The position numbers and the translations under genes are program-made. The notes under the pieces are model-generated. The model worked only from the letters and a program-made list of their open reading frames with translations, searched no databases and was not told the DNA's origin. A stretch of 64,000 nt of DNA from assembly GCA_001600695.1 (NCBI GenBank), contig BCKQ01000001.1, positions 1,200,362 through 1,264,361 of the forward strand, written 5' to 3'. Positions 37,471 through 49,907 of the stretch are shown piece after piece. Source of the stretch: Ascoidea asiatica JCM 7603 (Eukaryota; Fungi; Ascomycota). Numbering within the stretch: the first letter of the stretch is position 1; each line of letters begins with the position of its first letter.

Positions 37471-38169
37471 TTATAAATTTTCTTTTTTATTCTCTTTTTG
37501 ATCATTTTCTTTTGGTTCATTTTTATATTTTTCAATTAAATTATTAAATCTTAAAAGTACTGGAAATCCTTCAATAATTTGAAAAAAAGTCCATTCACTT
37601 TTAAAATCAAATGGAACTCTATAAAATTTTAATTTTGGTAATAAAATGAAATAAAATTCTAAAAAATGAAGAATAAATAATGTGAAAAAAATTATATTAC
37701 TTTTTTCTTTAAGATAATTTATAATTAATAATGAATTTTTAAAATTATTTAATTTTAAGAATTTTATTAATATAATTTCAAAAATTAAATTTGGATTAAA
37801 TTTCATAAGAATTATAATTATAGTTAAGAAAATTGAAAAAAATTCAATAAATTTACTTGGATATATAACATCTTGAATTTGAAAATGAGAAAAATTTCTT
37901 TTATTTGAAGAAAATTTTGCCATTTCTATTAATCTTTCTCTTGATTCTTTAATATCTTTTAATGGTGGATTAAATTGAATTAATTTTTTCATTTCATGTT
38001 CTGGTAAAGGTTGAAGATTAAATGAAATTGTGAAATAATCTAAATAAATTTCAGTCATTCTTATATTACTTAAATTTTTATCAATTGGAATACCTCCATA
38101 AACATTAAGATAATCCTCTAAAGCTAATTTATGATCTCTATTCATATGAGATAATATTCTTCTTTCCAT
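37471..38169 (-). CDS. DUF2470-domain integral membrane protein
   Basis: RILSHMNRDH, IQFNPPL...RERLIEM, then TM segments with ILHFLE and EGFPVLLRF. Confidence 0.78.
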   Translation of the reverse strand: MERRILSHMNRDHKLALEDYLNVYGGIPIDKNLSNIRMTEIYLDYFTISFNLQPLPEHEMKKLIQFNPPLKDIKESRERLIEMAKFSSNKRNFSHFQIQDVIYPSKFIEFFSIFLTIIIILMKFNPNLIFEIILIKFLKLNNFKNSLLIINYLKEKSNIIFFTLFILHFLEFYFILLPKLKFYRVPFDFKSEWTFFQIIEGFPVLLRFNNLIEKYKNEPKENDQKENKKENL

Positions 38170-38560
38170 TTTGAAACTTGATTATTATTATTATTATTAT
38201 TATTATTTTTGTATCTTTCCTTGATTAATTACTTGTTTTCTGATCTATTATTGAAGACAGTTATTGATGTCAACTCAATTGAATATTTTATAATAGATAT
38301 GAAGTTCTATCAATTGATTAATGGTTCTTTAAATCCAAGATTATTAGAATAGTCTCATCAATATCATTATCATTATTATCATTATCATTATTATCATTAT
38401 ATCACTATTATCATTATTATTCTTTTATTAATCAAATCTCGTACAAATCCGAATTTTCACCCCAATTCCGCGGTAAATTTCCATGTATCGGATTATTAAA
38501 GTTTCCGCAAAGACCACTTTTATGGAACTTTTAAAACCTTAAATTTAAAACCAATTTAAT

Positions 38561-38610
38561 GGTACTACCACTTACATGGTACTACCACCCCAAAGGTACT
38601 ACCACCCCAC
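38561..38610. repeat. Three GGTACTACCAC units with a 17-bp period in a divergent promoter
   Basis: Units start at 38561, 38578 and 38595. Confidence 0.75.
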
Positions 38611-38994
38611 TGGCTCTCTATTTCTTCTTCTTTTTCTTCCCTCTCAAAATACGATTTGAGCCATGGCAAACTTGCTGCTAACACGAAACCTGCAAACGTT
38701 AACAGATAAATTATATCGACAATAAACAATAAGCTATTTTAACAACATTAACGTTACGTATTAAGCTGAACTGAATTAAATTTATATTTATATTTATATT
38801 TATATTTATATTAATTATTATCTATTTCATTTATCAATTACTGATTAATTATTGATTAATTATTGTTTATCATAAACAATTGCGATTAATATACTCTTGA
38901 TTTTCCAAATGTTCAAAAATTATCAGTTTATTAAAATATAATCTACAAATCACTTTTCAATTATAATAATTTCACTCGCTTTTTATAAAAAAAA

Positions 38995-40338
38995 ATGCAT
39001 TTAGCCTTTCCTCAAAAACATTCAAAGACTAAATCAAAATCTTTCATACCTGTATCAAATAAATTTCCAAGATATAGGAAAAGAACTGTATTTTATTTAA
39101 CTTCAATAATAATATTCATAATATTTTATATAAATAAATATCATAATAATGATAATACTTCCTCAAGTTCTTCATATTCAAAATCAAATAAAATTTCTTC
39201 AGATTTAAATAATAGTAATAAAAATAAAAATTTACCAAAAGAACATGGAATTTATAAAGAAGAAATTTTAACTGATAATCAATTTATTTTTCCACCTGTT
39301 GAACATGCTCCATTCTTAAGAGAATTGACTTTAAGTAATTTATTTCATTCAAAAGCTGATAAAGATGGTAATTTACATTATGTTTATGAAGATGAATTAG
39401 ATCAATCTGAAAAAGATGAAATTAATAATGAAAAATTACAAGATATTAAAAATGATAACATTAATAATGAAGATGATCATTTTAAAATTGCAAAAGATGA
39501 CTTTATTAAACAAGGTAAATTAATTTATAATCATAATTCAAAAAAAAATAAAAATGGTAAAAATTTTCCAGAAGTTGTAATTGTAACTTCAATAGATTTT
39601 GAAAAATTTGAATTAACACATTTAACTAAAATTATTCAAAATAGATTAAATTATTCAAAAGCAAGAAATTATGGTTTTTATTGTAGATGGGTACAAGAAT
39701 TTATACCAATTTTACAAAAATTTAATTCAAATAAAAATTGGGCAAAATTAATGTTAATGAGAGCTGCAATGCATTCATTTCCAAATTCAAAATATTTTTG
39801 GTATATTGATCAAGATTCTGTAATAATGAGATATGATATTGATATTATTGAATATTTATTAAAACCAGAATCTTTAGATTCTTTAATCTTAAGAGATCAA
39901 CCAATTTTACCACCAAATGGTGCAATTCATACTTATAAAAATATTAATCCAAATGATATAAGATTTTTAATAACTCAAAATGGTAATTTATTAGATATAA
40001 ATTCATTTATAATTATTAATGATATTTATGGTAAAACACTTTTAGAATTTTGGCAAGATGATTTATTAAGAAAATATCCAAATTTTCAAATGTTACCAGA
40101 AAATGCTTTATCACATATTTTACAATGGCATCCAGTTTTACTTTCAAAAACTGCAATTTTACCTCCAAGAACTATAGCTGCTTTACATTCTGCAATTCAA
40201 TTACCAAATGATGGTGATCATATACATTATTCAACTGGTGATTTAATTGTAAGTTTAAAAGATTGTGAACAAAGAAAAACTTGTGAAGCTGAATTTGATT
40301 TATATTTTCAAAAAATTGATAATAATAAAATAAATTAA
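38995..40338 (+). CDS. MNN11: Golgi alpha-1,6-mannosyltransferase complex subunit (GT34)
   Basis: Type II TM anchor; IIQNRLNY, MRAAMHSFPNSKYFWYIDQD, ALSHILQWHPVLLSK. Confidence 0.9.
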   Translation: MHLAFPQKHSKTKSKSFIPVSNKFPRYRKRTVFYLTSIIIFIIFYINKYHNNDNTSSSSSYSKSNKISSDLNNSNKNKNLPKEHGIYKEEILTDNQFIFPPVEHAPFLRELTLSNLFHSKADKDGNLHYVYEDELDQSEKDEINNEKLQDIKNDNINNEDDHFKIAKDDFIKQGKLIYNHNSKKNKNGKNFPEVVIVTSIDFEKFELTHLTKIIQNRLNYSKARNYGFYCRWVQEFIPILQKFNSNKNWAKLMLMRAAMHSFPNSKYFWYIDQDSVIMRYDIDIIEYLLKPESLDSLILRDQPILPPNGAIHTYKNINPNDIRFLITQNGNLLDINSFIIINDIYGKTLLEFWQDDLLRKYPNFQMLPENALSHILQWHPVLLSKTAILPPRTIAALHSAIQLPNDGDHIHYSTGDLIVSLKDCEQRKTCEAEFDLYFQKIDNNKIN

Positions 40339-40617
40339 TTAAATTTATACAGTATATAATATATTTTTTTCTTATTCTTTAATAAATTTATATCTATCTT
40401 ACATTTAATCGAATTAGTAAAGTAAAATAAGTTAATCTTAGAGAATTATTTAATATACAATATAATTTTTTTTAGAAGTAAAATTAACTTTTTTGATTGA
40501 TTAAAAAATAAGTTATAATTTTTTCTTTTTTTAATATAAAATCTATTTAAATAATATTTAGTATATAATATTTAATATTTAATAATATTTAAAAAGATAA
40601 TAGTATTAAAAATTAAC

Positions 40618-41816
40618 TTATTCTTCATCTTCTTCTTCAGCAGCTTCAGAACCTTTGTTAGCACTTTTTCTTGCAACACGACCTGGTCTACCACCACCTA
40701 ATGGAGAAGTTGAAGAATAATCAATATATTTTTGAGAATCTAATCTAACCATAAAAGATGGAATATTAACAATTTGTTTACCAACAGCAATATGTCTTTG
40801 AGAAATTAAAACTCTTGCATGATGAATAGAATTTGCTAAACCTGCTTTAAATACTTGAGTTTGTAATCTTCTTTCTAAGAAATCTTCAGTTCTTAAAGCT
40901 AAAACATAATCTAATTTTCTTTTATCTTCAGATAAAACACCTAATCTAACTAATCTTCTAATTAAAGCATTACCTTCAAATAATCTTTTTGGATCTTTTT
41001 CATCTCTTGTTAATAAATCTCTTGCAGCTCTTCTAATTTTTGATAATTGAAAAGAAATTCTATAAATTTCTCTTTTATTTTTTAAACCATATTCACCAGC
41101 TAATTTTAATTCTGCATCTAAACGAGCAGATTCATAAGGACGTTTTGGAACGGAATAAGTTTTTGAGTATGTTCTTGGAGCACCTAGATAAATAATAAAA
41201 AGAATGTTAGAATATTTATAATCTTTATAAAAAAAGTTAAGATTTATATTATAGATTACATTAATAATACATTATAAGAGATAATGAAAATAATGTTGAA
41301 ATATATGAAAAAAAGAAATATAAAATTTTGATAGAATATTAGGAATAAAAACAGTGACTGAATCATATGTATGTATATATGTGTACTTTGATATATGATC
41401 AATATGAAATTATGTAATAATTCTAAGAAAATTTAAATAAATTAAAATTCATACTGATTAATGAGATTTTTTAAATTCATTCTTATTTAAATGAAATGAT
41501 AAATTATTTTTCATATATAAATGAACTAGCAAAGTAAATATAAATATAACAACTTATAAAACTTCAAATTTTTTTGACAATCTACTTGAAATTTTTCAAA
41601 TAAACCATCTTTCATCCTTTAAAGATAATTTTATTTGACTGAAGAAAGAGTTGAAATAAATCTAGTCATTATACAGTTTTTTTTTGCACTTTTATTTTTA
41701 TTAAAATCAAATTATTCTTTATTATGGATTTGAATTTTTTTTAATTTGATTTTTAAATATAATTTCAATATTATTCTTCAATATCTAGTTTTAGATTAAC
41801 TATACGTACGAGGCAT
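40618..41816 (-). CDS. RPS9: 40S ribosomal protein uS4/S9, two exons (41816-41810 and 41183-40618), 190 aa
   Basis: Spliced start ATG CCT C|GT GCT CCA AGA = [44 protein letters not shown]; not in the ORF track. Confidence 0.97.
41184..41809 (-). other. 626-nt spliceosomal intron of RPS9
   Basis: 5' splice site GTACGT at 41809, branch site TTCTAAC at 41212-41206, 3' TAG at 41186-41184. Confidence 0.93.
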
Positions 41817-42219
41817 ATTGAATTAATTTTTTCCTTTTAATGATATTATTGAAGATAATAATTGTCCTTATTGGTGATAAAAGATTTAATCAATTACTAA
41901 ATAATAGATATACTTTTTTTAAAATTTCAATAATTCAATAATTCTGTAATTCAATGATTCTGTAATTTAGGTAATGGAAGTTGAGAAAAGTGAAGAATAA
42001 TGGAAATTCATGAAGAAAAAAGGTACTTTTTGGATAAATTCTATATTATTAAGGTATTCTTTATGTTTAATGTATGTATTGTTTGGTTTTTAATACTTTT
42101 TGAACAGGTCTTTCAGCACACCTCCTGAGTTTTCACTGGAAATCTTGACGAAAAACAGCATAAATAAAGAAGACGGAGGAGCAAGCTGGTTACGAGCACG
42201 AAAATAAGCCAGGTAAAGC

Positions 42220-42256
42220 TGTGACTGCTTTTTAATAAAAGTATTTTCACGTGATC
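42220..42256 (-). promoter_or_regulatory. Homol-D (CAGTCACA) and Cbf1-type TCACGTGA sites upstream of RPS9
   Basis: TGTGACTG at 42220-42227 and TCACGTGA at about 42247-42254, within the GC island 5' of RPS9. Confidence 0.55.
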
Positions 42257-42792
42257 TATACAATTGGCAAATACTGCAACACACTGCATAACATATCCTA
42301 TATTTGTGATGGTGTCAAGACATGTTTTACTCAAATACAGGACAGGACAGAATTGCAATACTTTTTCAGGGTCCTTATCACAGGCAAATAACGTGGCGCT
42401 GAGTGGCAAGTGAACTGGTTTGAGTTCGAGAAGTTTGAAAAGTTTAAAAGTGCTCGGCGGAGTTCAACTGCTTGTACTTGGAGAGGGAGCCAAAGCAGAA
42501 ATAATGAAAGAGATGAAGCTGATTGTGATAAGACTAAAATATGATTGTTTCTAAGACTGCTTCTATGACATTGACTGGCAGAACTGAAATATGGGATAAT
42601 GGAATAATTGTTTGATTCTTTGAGTCAAAACCTTGAATGTGAATTCTCGATTTAAAAAATTGTATTTATATCTTCATTTATTTTGATAATTCTTATTTCA
42701 TTTCCGTTTATATCCATCCATTTAATAAAAGCAATTAACTCTATAAAATATTAAAAGAATATATTATCAAATAAAGTATTAGATTGAAACAA

Positions 42793-43398
42793 ATGGCAAA
42801 ATCAAATATATCGAAATTATCTAAAGTAGTTTTAGTTGGAGATGATGGAGTTGGTAAAACAAGTTTAGCAGTAAGATTAGCAAATAATACATATCTAGGA
42901 TCATATAAACCTTGTGTATTTGATGATTTAGAAACATCTGTTTATATAGATGATAATAATCAAGTATCTATAAAGATTTGTGATACTGCAGCTCAAGAAG
43001 ATTTTGATAGAATAAGACCATTAATATATCCTGATACAAATATTATTTTAATTTGTTATTCAATTGATAATATGAATTCATTTTCAAATATTAAAGAACA
43101 ATGGATTCCTGAAATCGAAAACTTTTGTCCAGATATTCCAATAATTTTAGTTGCTTGTAAAAATGATTTAATAAATGATAATTTCAAAGCTTTAATTCCT
43201 AATAATTTTGGAGAATCATTATCTGACGACTTACAATTTGCTGATTTTTTTCCGATAAGTTCAAAAACTGGTGAAGGTATTCAGGATTTATTAATGAAAA
43301 TTGGTAAATTAGCTTATGAAGATCAATTACTCAAACTTCGTAATAAGAAGAACAATGGCCAAAGTAAAAGAAAGAAAAAAGAATGTATTGTTCTTTGA
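42793..43398 (+). CDS. Atypical Rho-family small GTPase, tandem copy 1
   Basis: GDDGVGKTS, YKPCVFD, DTAAQEDFDRIRPLIYP, ACKND, polybasic tail plus CaaX CIVL; ATG at 42793. Confidence 0.9.
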   Translation: MAKSNISKLSKVVLVGDDGVGKTSLAVRLANNTYLGSYKPCVFDDLETSVYIDDNNQVSIKICDTAAQEDFDRIRPLIYPDTNIILICYSIDNMNSFSNIKEQWIPEIENFCPDIPIILVACKNDLINDNFKALIPNNFGESLSDDLQFADFFPISSKTGEGIQDLLMKIGKLAYEDQLLKLRNKKNNGQSKRKKKECIVL

Positions 43399-43898
43399 AT
43401 ATTACAGTAATTAATAATGCTAATAGCTAAACTTGCAAAAAGGCGATGTGTGGCTAGTAAAAGGGTGGGGGCTGAGCTCGAAAACCTTGAAAGTTTCTGA
43501 TTTTCCCAAGTTCAGGGATCCAATTGATTTATTGCACATTGATTAAATAGAATAAATAGTAAGTTACAGTAATGCTTCTTTAGAGCTAGCCGAAACAAGA
43601 ACTAGAATTAAACCTACTTTTACAATTGTTACCAGTGAAATGTTTTGCCACTCAGAAATAAACCGAAATAATTGATGAATTCATTTTTATTGGTGACAGA
43701 ATGAAAATTATAAATTACTTCAATGGTTTCATCTTCGGAGTCAAAACCCTCAGAGTGAATTCTCGATTTTTTTAACAAATATACAAGAATATCTCAATTT
43801 CTTTCACTTTTTTTTTCATTTCAATTTATATAAATTATATAAATTTACTCAATAAACAATTAAAGTATTGAAATAATATAAAATAAAATCATAAAATC

Positions 43899-44486
43899 AT
43901 GGAACCATTAAAAGTAGTTATTGTTGGAGATAGTGTAGTTGGTAAAACTTGCTTAGCAATGAAATTATCAAATAAACCATATCCAAATACTTATATACCT
44001 ACAGTATTTGATGATTCTGAAACTTCTGTTTATATAGATGATAATATTTTAGTACCTTTAAATATTTGGGATACTGCAGGACAAGAAGATTATGATAAAT
44101 TAAGACGATTAGCATATCAAGATACAAAAATTTTCATAATTTGTTATTCAATTAATGATTCTAATTCATTCTCAAATATTAAATATCATTGGTTTTTTGA
44201 AATTAGAAATTCATGTCCAAGAACTCCAATAATTTTAGTTGCTTGTAAAAAAGATTTAATTAATAATAATTTAAAAGATTCTGTATCTGATGATTTAGGG
44301 TTTTCATTATCAAAAGAATTAAATTTAAATGATTTTTTAACAACAAGTTCAAAAACTGGTGAAGGTATTCAGGATTTATTATTAAAAATTGGTAAAATTG
44401 CTTATGAAGATCAATTACCTAAATCTTATAACAATAATAGACAAAGTAAGCGAAAAAGAAAAAAAAATATTTGTATTGTTTTATGA
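43899..44486 (+). CDS. Atypical Rho-family small GTPase, tandem copy 2
   Basis: GDSVVGKT, YIPTVFD, WDTAGQEDYDKLR, ACKKD, polybasic tail plus CaaX CIVL. Confidence 0.92.
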   Translation: MEPLKVVIVGDSVVGKTCLAMKLSNKPYPNTYIPTVFDDSETSVYIDDNILVPLNIWDTAGQEDYDKLRRLAYQDTKIFIICYSINDSNSFSNIKYHWFFEIRNSCPRTPIILVACKKDLINNNLKDSVSDDLGFSLSKELNLNDFLTTSSKTGEGIQDLLLKIGKIAYEDQLPKSYNNNRQSKRKRKKNICIVL

Positions 44487-45578
44487 ATAACATTCATTAT
44501 ATTAAATTCATTCTTTTTTTTTTTAATTTTCAACTTGTCATTTTTATTTTATTTGCTATTTTCATTTTATTTTTTAAAATCAGATCTTATTCTATTCGCT
44601 TTTTAACAATATCCCATTTTATTTCTTTAACTTCTTCCATTTCTTATGAAATTTCAATTTAATCACTTCACCTCTTCAACACTTAATCACTCAATCACTT
44701 AATCACTTAATTAGCTGGCTTAAGTAATTTCACTCATTTCAGTCATGTTAGTTATTCTGTACTTCTTAAACAGATGTTTTTATTTATAAATGAAAAATTC
44801 ATTACGTACGTTATATTCTTACTCAATCAAGAATATCATCTAGGATTCCATCTAGGATATCATCTAGATTATTACCTGATATATAAGTTTTTGAAAAATC
44901 TGAAAAAAATGATTCAAATTAGTTAAGCAAGCATACATTTAATATATTTTTATTGTTATTTTTCAATTCCACCACACTTTTCAAGAACAATACTATACAA
45001 AACAATACAATAACTTCATTACTCTTTTCAATAATCCATTTACATTCAATGAATATAAATAAAAGTGAATCCCTTCATTCAATTATCTTTCTTTCTTTCT
45101 TTATATCCTTCTTTGTATTCTTCTTTCTCATACCCGACAGCCCTTTGAAAGCTATAGCCGAGTCCCGACTTCCATTTTTGACGTTGACAGTTTCAGCAGT
45201 CCCTCAAACCTGGCCTCGCTTTGGAGCCGTCCCCAGTAAATACACGAACAAGCAACCGAAACTGGAGGCACTCAAAAACATCAATATAATACTTCAATAC
45301 TCCAATATAACAATATAACAATATAATAATAAAATATAATAAAGCATATCCTTTCTTCAATTCATTTAAAATCTCATTTCATTTCATAAAATATAACCAA
45401 TACTCACTTATTCATCTTTATTATCCCTAATATATATACGCATATACATATACTATATATATATCTTTCCTTTAACTCATTCAAAAGACTCCTTTCGTTT
45501 TCATTCAAATTTATCAACTTCATTAAATTTCACTTCTAGCTCTTCTTAAAACTATAAAATTTTCATTATTTTATTGAA

Positions 45579-45758
45579 ATGGATATAAATAATGATGAAA
45601 ACAAATCAATTAATCATAATTTTAACTCAAATTATCAAAAAATTCCAATAAATCCAATGAAATTATATAATAATTCTTCAAATCAAAATTCAAATCAAAA
45701 TCATTATGTTTCTCAATCTCCACTTTCAAATTTCTCAAATTCTATATTCACAAATATA

Positions 45759-45797
<39 letters not shown>

Positions 45798-48700
45798 TTT
45801 CAAAATTTTATAAATAGTTATAATTCTCCAAGTACAAGTTTAGTTAATTTACAAATTGATAATTTAGTACCTGGTTTAAGATCAAGTAGTGTATTTGGTT
45901 CAACTTTTAGAACAAATTATAATAACAATTCTCATAATAATGGTAATAGTTATTCTCTATTATCTGAAAATTTATCTACATTGAATTCTCATAACCTAAA
46001 TAATCCTAATAATCACAATAATAGCAATATAGATAACAATAATAATAATATAAATCATAACTCTAATGATTTGGAAAGTAATATAGAAATAAACAATACC
46101 AATAATAATAATGGTGGTTTTTTATCAAGGATCCCATCGCGTTCTTTCTCTTTCAGTCAAAATCCAATTCTGAATATAAATCAAAACCAATTAGATAATA
46201 ATTCTATTAATATTAATACAATTGATAAAATTAATGAACAAACTGCTCAATTATCAAATTTTGATGATCTTGCTGCTTATAATTCAATCTCAAATATAAA
46301 TATAAATAATAGAAATAATAATAATGATAATTCAAATGATATTGATATTGATAACTTAAAAGAAACTAATAATAATAATATCATCATTAATAGTAGTATT
46401 AAAGAAAATTTACAATCTAAATCTCAACCACAATCTCCAGCTCATTCTCCTTCAAATTCTTTATATTTTCATTCTAATACAACTCCGAAAATTAATCAAA
46501 AGAATCAATTCTCAAATACAAATATTATTCCAAATCCATCAACTCCATTATTATCTTCAATAAATGATCAAAATTTTGTTAATAATTATTTCTCAAATAC
46601 CGAACCAGATTCCCCTACTACTAATAACAACAACAATAATAATAATAATAATAATAATGGACATAATGGTCGTAATGGCTCTTTAGATAATGATTTGACT
46701 TCTTTTTCAACTTTATTAGGTCCAAATTCTGCTCCAAATCATGAAAATAATTCAAATATTCATATAAGTTCATCTCCTTTCAAAAAATTTAAATCAAAAT
46801 TTAATAGATCTATAAGTCAAACTTTAAATAAATCTTTTTTAAATTTTCCTTCAAATAATTCTTCAAATTTACAAAATTATTTACCAATTGATGATAATGC
46901 AATTGATAATACAAATGATAATAATAATAACAACTTTAATAATAATAATAATAATAACAATTTAAGTATAAGCACTGATAGTAATACAACTAATATTTCT
47001 GGAAATTCAATATCTAAAATTGTTAAAAGAAATTTAAATCTAAAATCAAATTTTAACTCAATTTATCAATTTTCTTTAAATTCAATAAATTATTTACCTT
47101 CTGTAATTTTAGGACTTTTATTAAATATTTTAGATGGTTTATCTTATGGTATGATTTTATTTCCAACTAATATTTCAATATTTTCAGATTTAGGTCCTGC
47201 AGGTCTTTCAATGTTTTATATATCTTGTATTGTATCTCAATTAGTTTATTCTTTAGGTGGTTCCGGTTTTCCAGCTGCAATTGGTTCAGAAATGATTGAA
47301 ATTACTCCTTTTATACACACTATGGCTATAAATATTTTGAAAAAAACTTTAACTAATAATAATATAACTGATCAAGATAATATTCCAATTCCTATAAGAG
47401 ATTCAATTTTAGCTTCAACTGTTGTAGCTTGTTCATTATCTTCAATTATTACCGGTTTAGTATTTTTTTCTTTAGGTAAATTTAAATTAGGACAATTAAT
47501 TGGGTTTTTTCCAAGACATATTTTAATTGGTTGTATTGGAGGTGTTGGATATTTTCTAGTAATTACTGGTTTAGAAGTAACTTCAAAAATCCCATCAAAT
47601 ATTAAATATAACTTTGAAACTTTGAAATTTTTATTTTCAGGTTTATATTTTATTAGATGGATTTTATCAGTTTCAATAACTTTTATATTGTTAGCTTTAC
47701 AAAAATATTATACAAGATTATCAAGAATTGCAATATTTTTACCAGCTTATTTTATTTCAATTTTTATTATTATTCATTTAATTATTTTAATTATTCCAAG
47801 TTGGAATTTATCAAAAGCAAGAGATTTAGGTTTTATATTTGATGTTGCTTCAACTAATTCTCCTTCTTCAGTTATTGGTTCTGAATGGTATTCATTTTAT
47901 TCATTATATAAATTTACAAAAGTTGATTGGCTTTTAGTATTACAAGAAATCCCAACAATGTTAGCTTTAACTTTTTTTGGTATTCTTCATGTTCCAATTA
48001 ATATACCTGCTTTAGCTGTATCTACTAAAAATGATGATATTGATTTAGATAGAGAATTGATTGCTCATGGTATATCTAATTCTTTATCTGGTTTAGTTGG
48101 TTCAATTCAAAATTATCTTGTTTACTCAAATAGTCTTTTATTCATAAAATCAGGCGCTGATTCAAGATTACCTTGTATTCTATTAGCTATTGCAACATTT
48201 GTAGTAATGGTTATTGGTCCTGTAATAATAAAATTTATTCCAATTTGTGTTGTGGGGGCTTTAATTTTCTTACTCGGTTATGAACTACTTGTTGAATCAT
48301 TGATTGATTCATATGGAAGATTGAGTACTTTCGAATATACAACAGTCATAATAATTGTTATTGCAATGGGTGCTTGGGATTTTGTTTATGGAATAATAGT
48401 TGGTATTTTACTAGCTTGTATTTCTTTTGTAGTTGACAATGCCAGGAGAAATCCTATAACTCACATATATACCGGAGTTATTGCAAGGTCAACTGTTTTA
48501 CGTAATCATTTTATTCAAAAATTTTTAAGAAATGTTGGTAATCAAGTTTATTTAATGAAATTGGAAGGAAACATTTTTTTCGGTACAATTGGAGCAATTG
48601 AAGATGAAATCATTTCTAGATTTGAGGGATTTTCTTTCAATGACTCTCATTTATCTTCCTGTTCACTGAAACCTGATGAACTGCCTCTGCATTCAAGTTC

Positions 48701-49907
48701 AACTGGCTTACCACCTCCATCTCCTACAGGATCACTAAGTTCATCTGTTTCTTCGAAGTATTTTGAAAATGCAGTATCTGTGAGATACTTGATCTTAGAT
48801 TTCAAAAATATTTTGTCAGTTGACTATACAGCTGCCGAAGGATTTTCAAGAATCAAAAGCCTTGTTAAGAAACATAATGCTTTTTTAATTATATCTTCAA
48901 TATCCAATGATGATAAAATCTTTAAATCTTTGAGTGATGTTGGACTATTAAACAATGATTATGATGACAATGAGGAAAAAGTTAATCATATACAGTTATT
49001 TGATAATCTAAATTCTGCTTTGGAATGGTGTGAAAATGAATTTCTTTCTTCCTACTATAACTTTAAACGTAAAAAGTTATCAAAACTATCAGAAAGAAAT
49101 TTATCCTCATCAAATCATTATCAACAAATAGCCAAAGAGCTTCCTATTCCCGTGAATTTTAACAAAACCAATACCTTGAGTTCTACGATAAATCCTATAT
49201 TGTCATTTGTTGATTCTGGTTCATTTATTGGTTCTCCTAGACAGACGAATTTACTCAAAGCAGCAAACTTAACCATTAGTGAAGAGTTGAAAATAGACGA
49301 TTCAAATCATAGAAATACACCTAAAACAGTTGATTCATCAAAAGATAATAAAGATTCTAATGCCTTTAAAAAAGAATCACAAAGCACTTCTAATGAAACC
49401 GATTCTATGGCAAGGTATCCTTTACCTTTGGTAATGTCAACATTTTATGGTCTATCAAATAAACCTCAAAGTTTTTGGGTCAATTTATTGCCTTTTTTAA
49501 AGAAAGAGAAACTTTTGAAAAATACTATTTTGCACTCCAATTTTGAGACAGGACCTTCCGAAGATTATATGCTTATAATAGAATCTGGACTAATCAAAGT
49601 CAATCATAACTTTGTTCAAGGAAGTATTTCTGAAACATTCCTGCCAAAAACTTGTTTAGGAAAAATTAGTGAAATCATAAATAACAATGGTGATATTACT
49701 CGGGAATTATTTGATAGAAAATATCAGATTGTTTCAACAACAGACTCTGTTGTTTGGAAAGTTGATTTCAAAGGTCTTGCCAAATCTTTGAAAAATAACT
49801 CCTCTTTAAATGGCCTTGAAATTATCAATGAGTTACTAAGAATTCAAATGAAAGTTCAAGCTGAAAGGTTTGATAATGTGACTGGTTATGTATTAATTTC
49901 AAATTGA
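45579..49907 (+). CDS. VSB1: Vacuolar SulP/STAS/cNMP-like basic amino acid transporter
   Basis: GLLLNILDGLSYGMILFP, GSEMIE, LTFFGILHVPIN, GSIQNYLVYSNS, STAS (FFGTIG, YLILDF, LNSALEWCENEFL); long Asn-rich N-terminus; neighbour of a YGR127W-like gene. Confidence 0.9.

Noticed and set aside
44953-45318. 121-aa ORF upstream of VSB1
   Set aside because: TTG start, spans the GC promoter island and pyrimidine tract, and has no recognisable motif.
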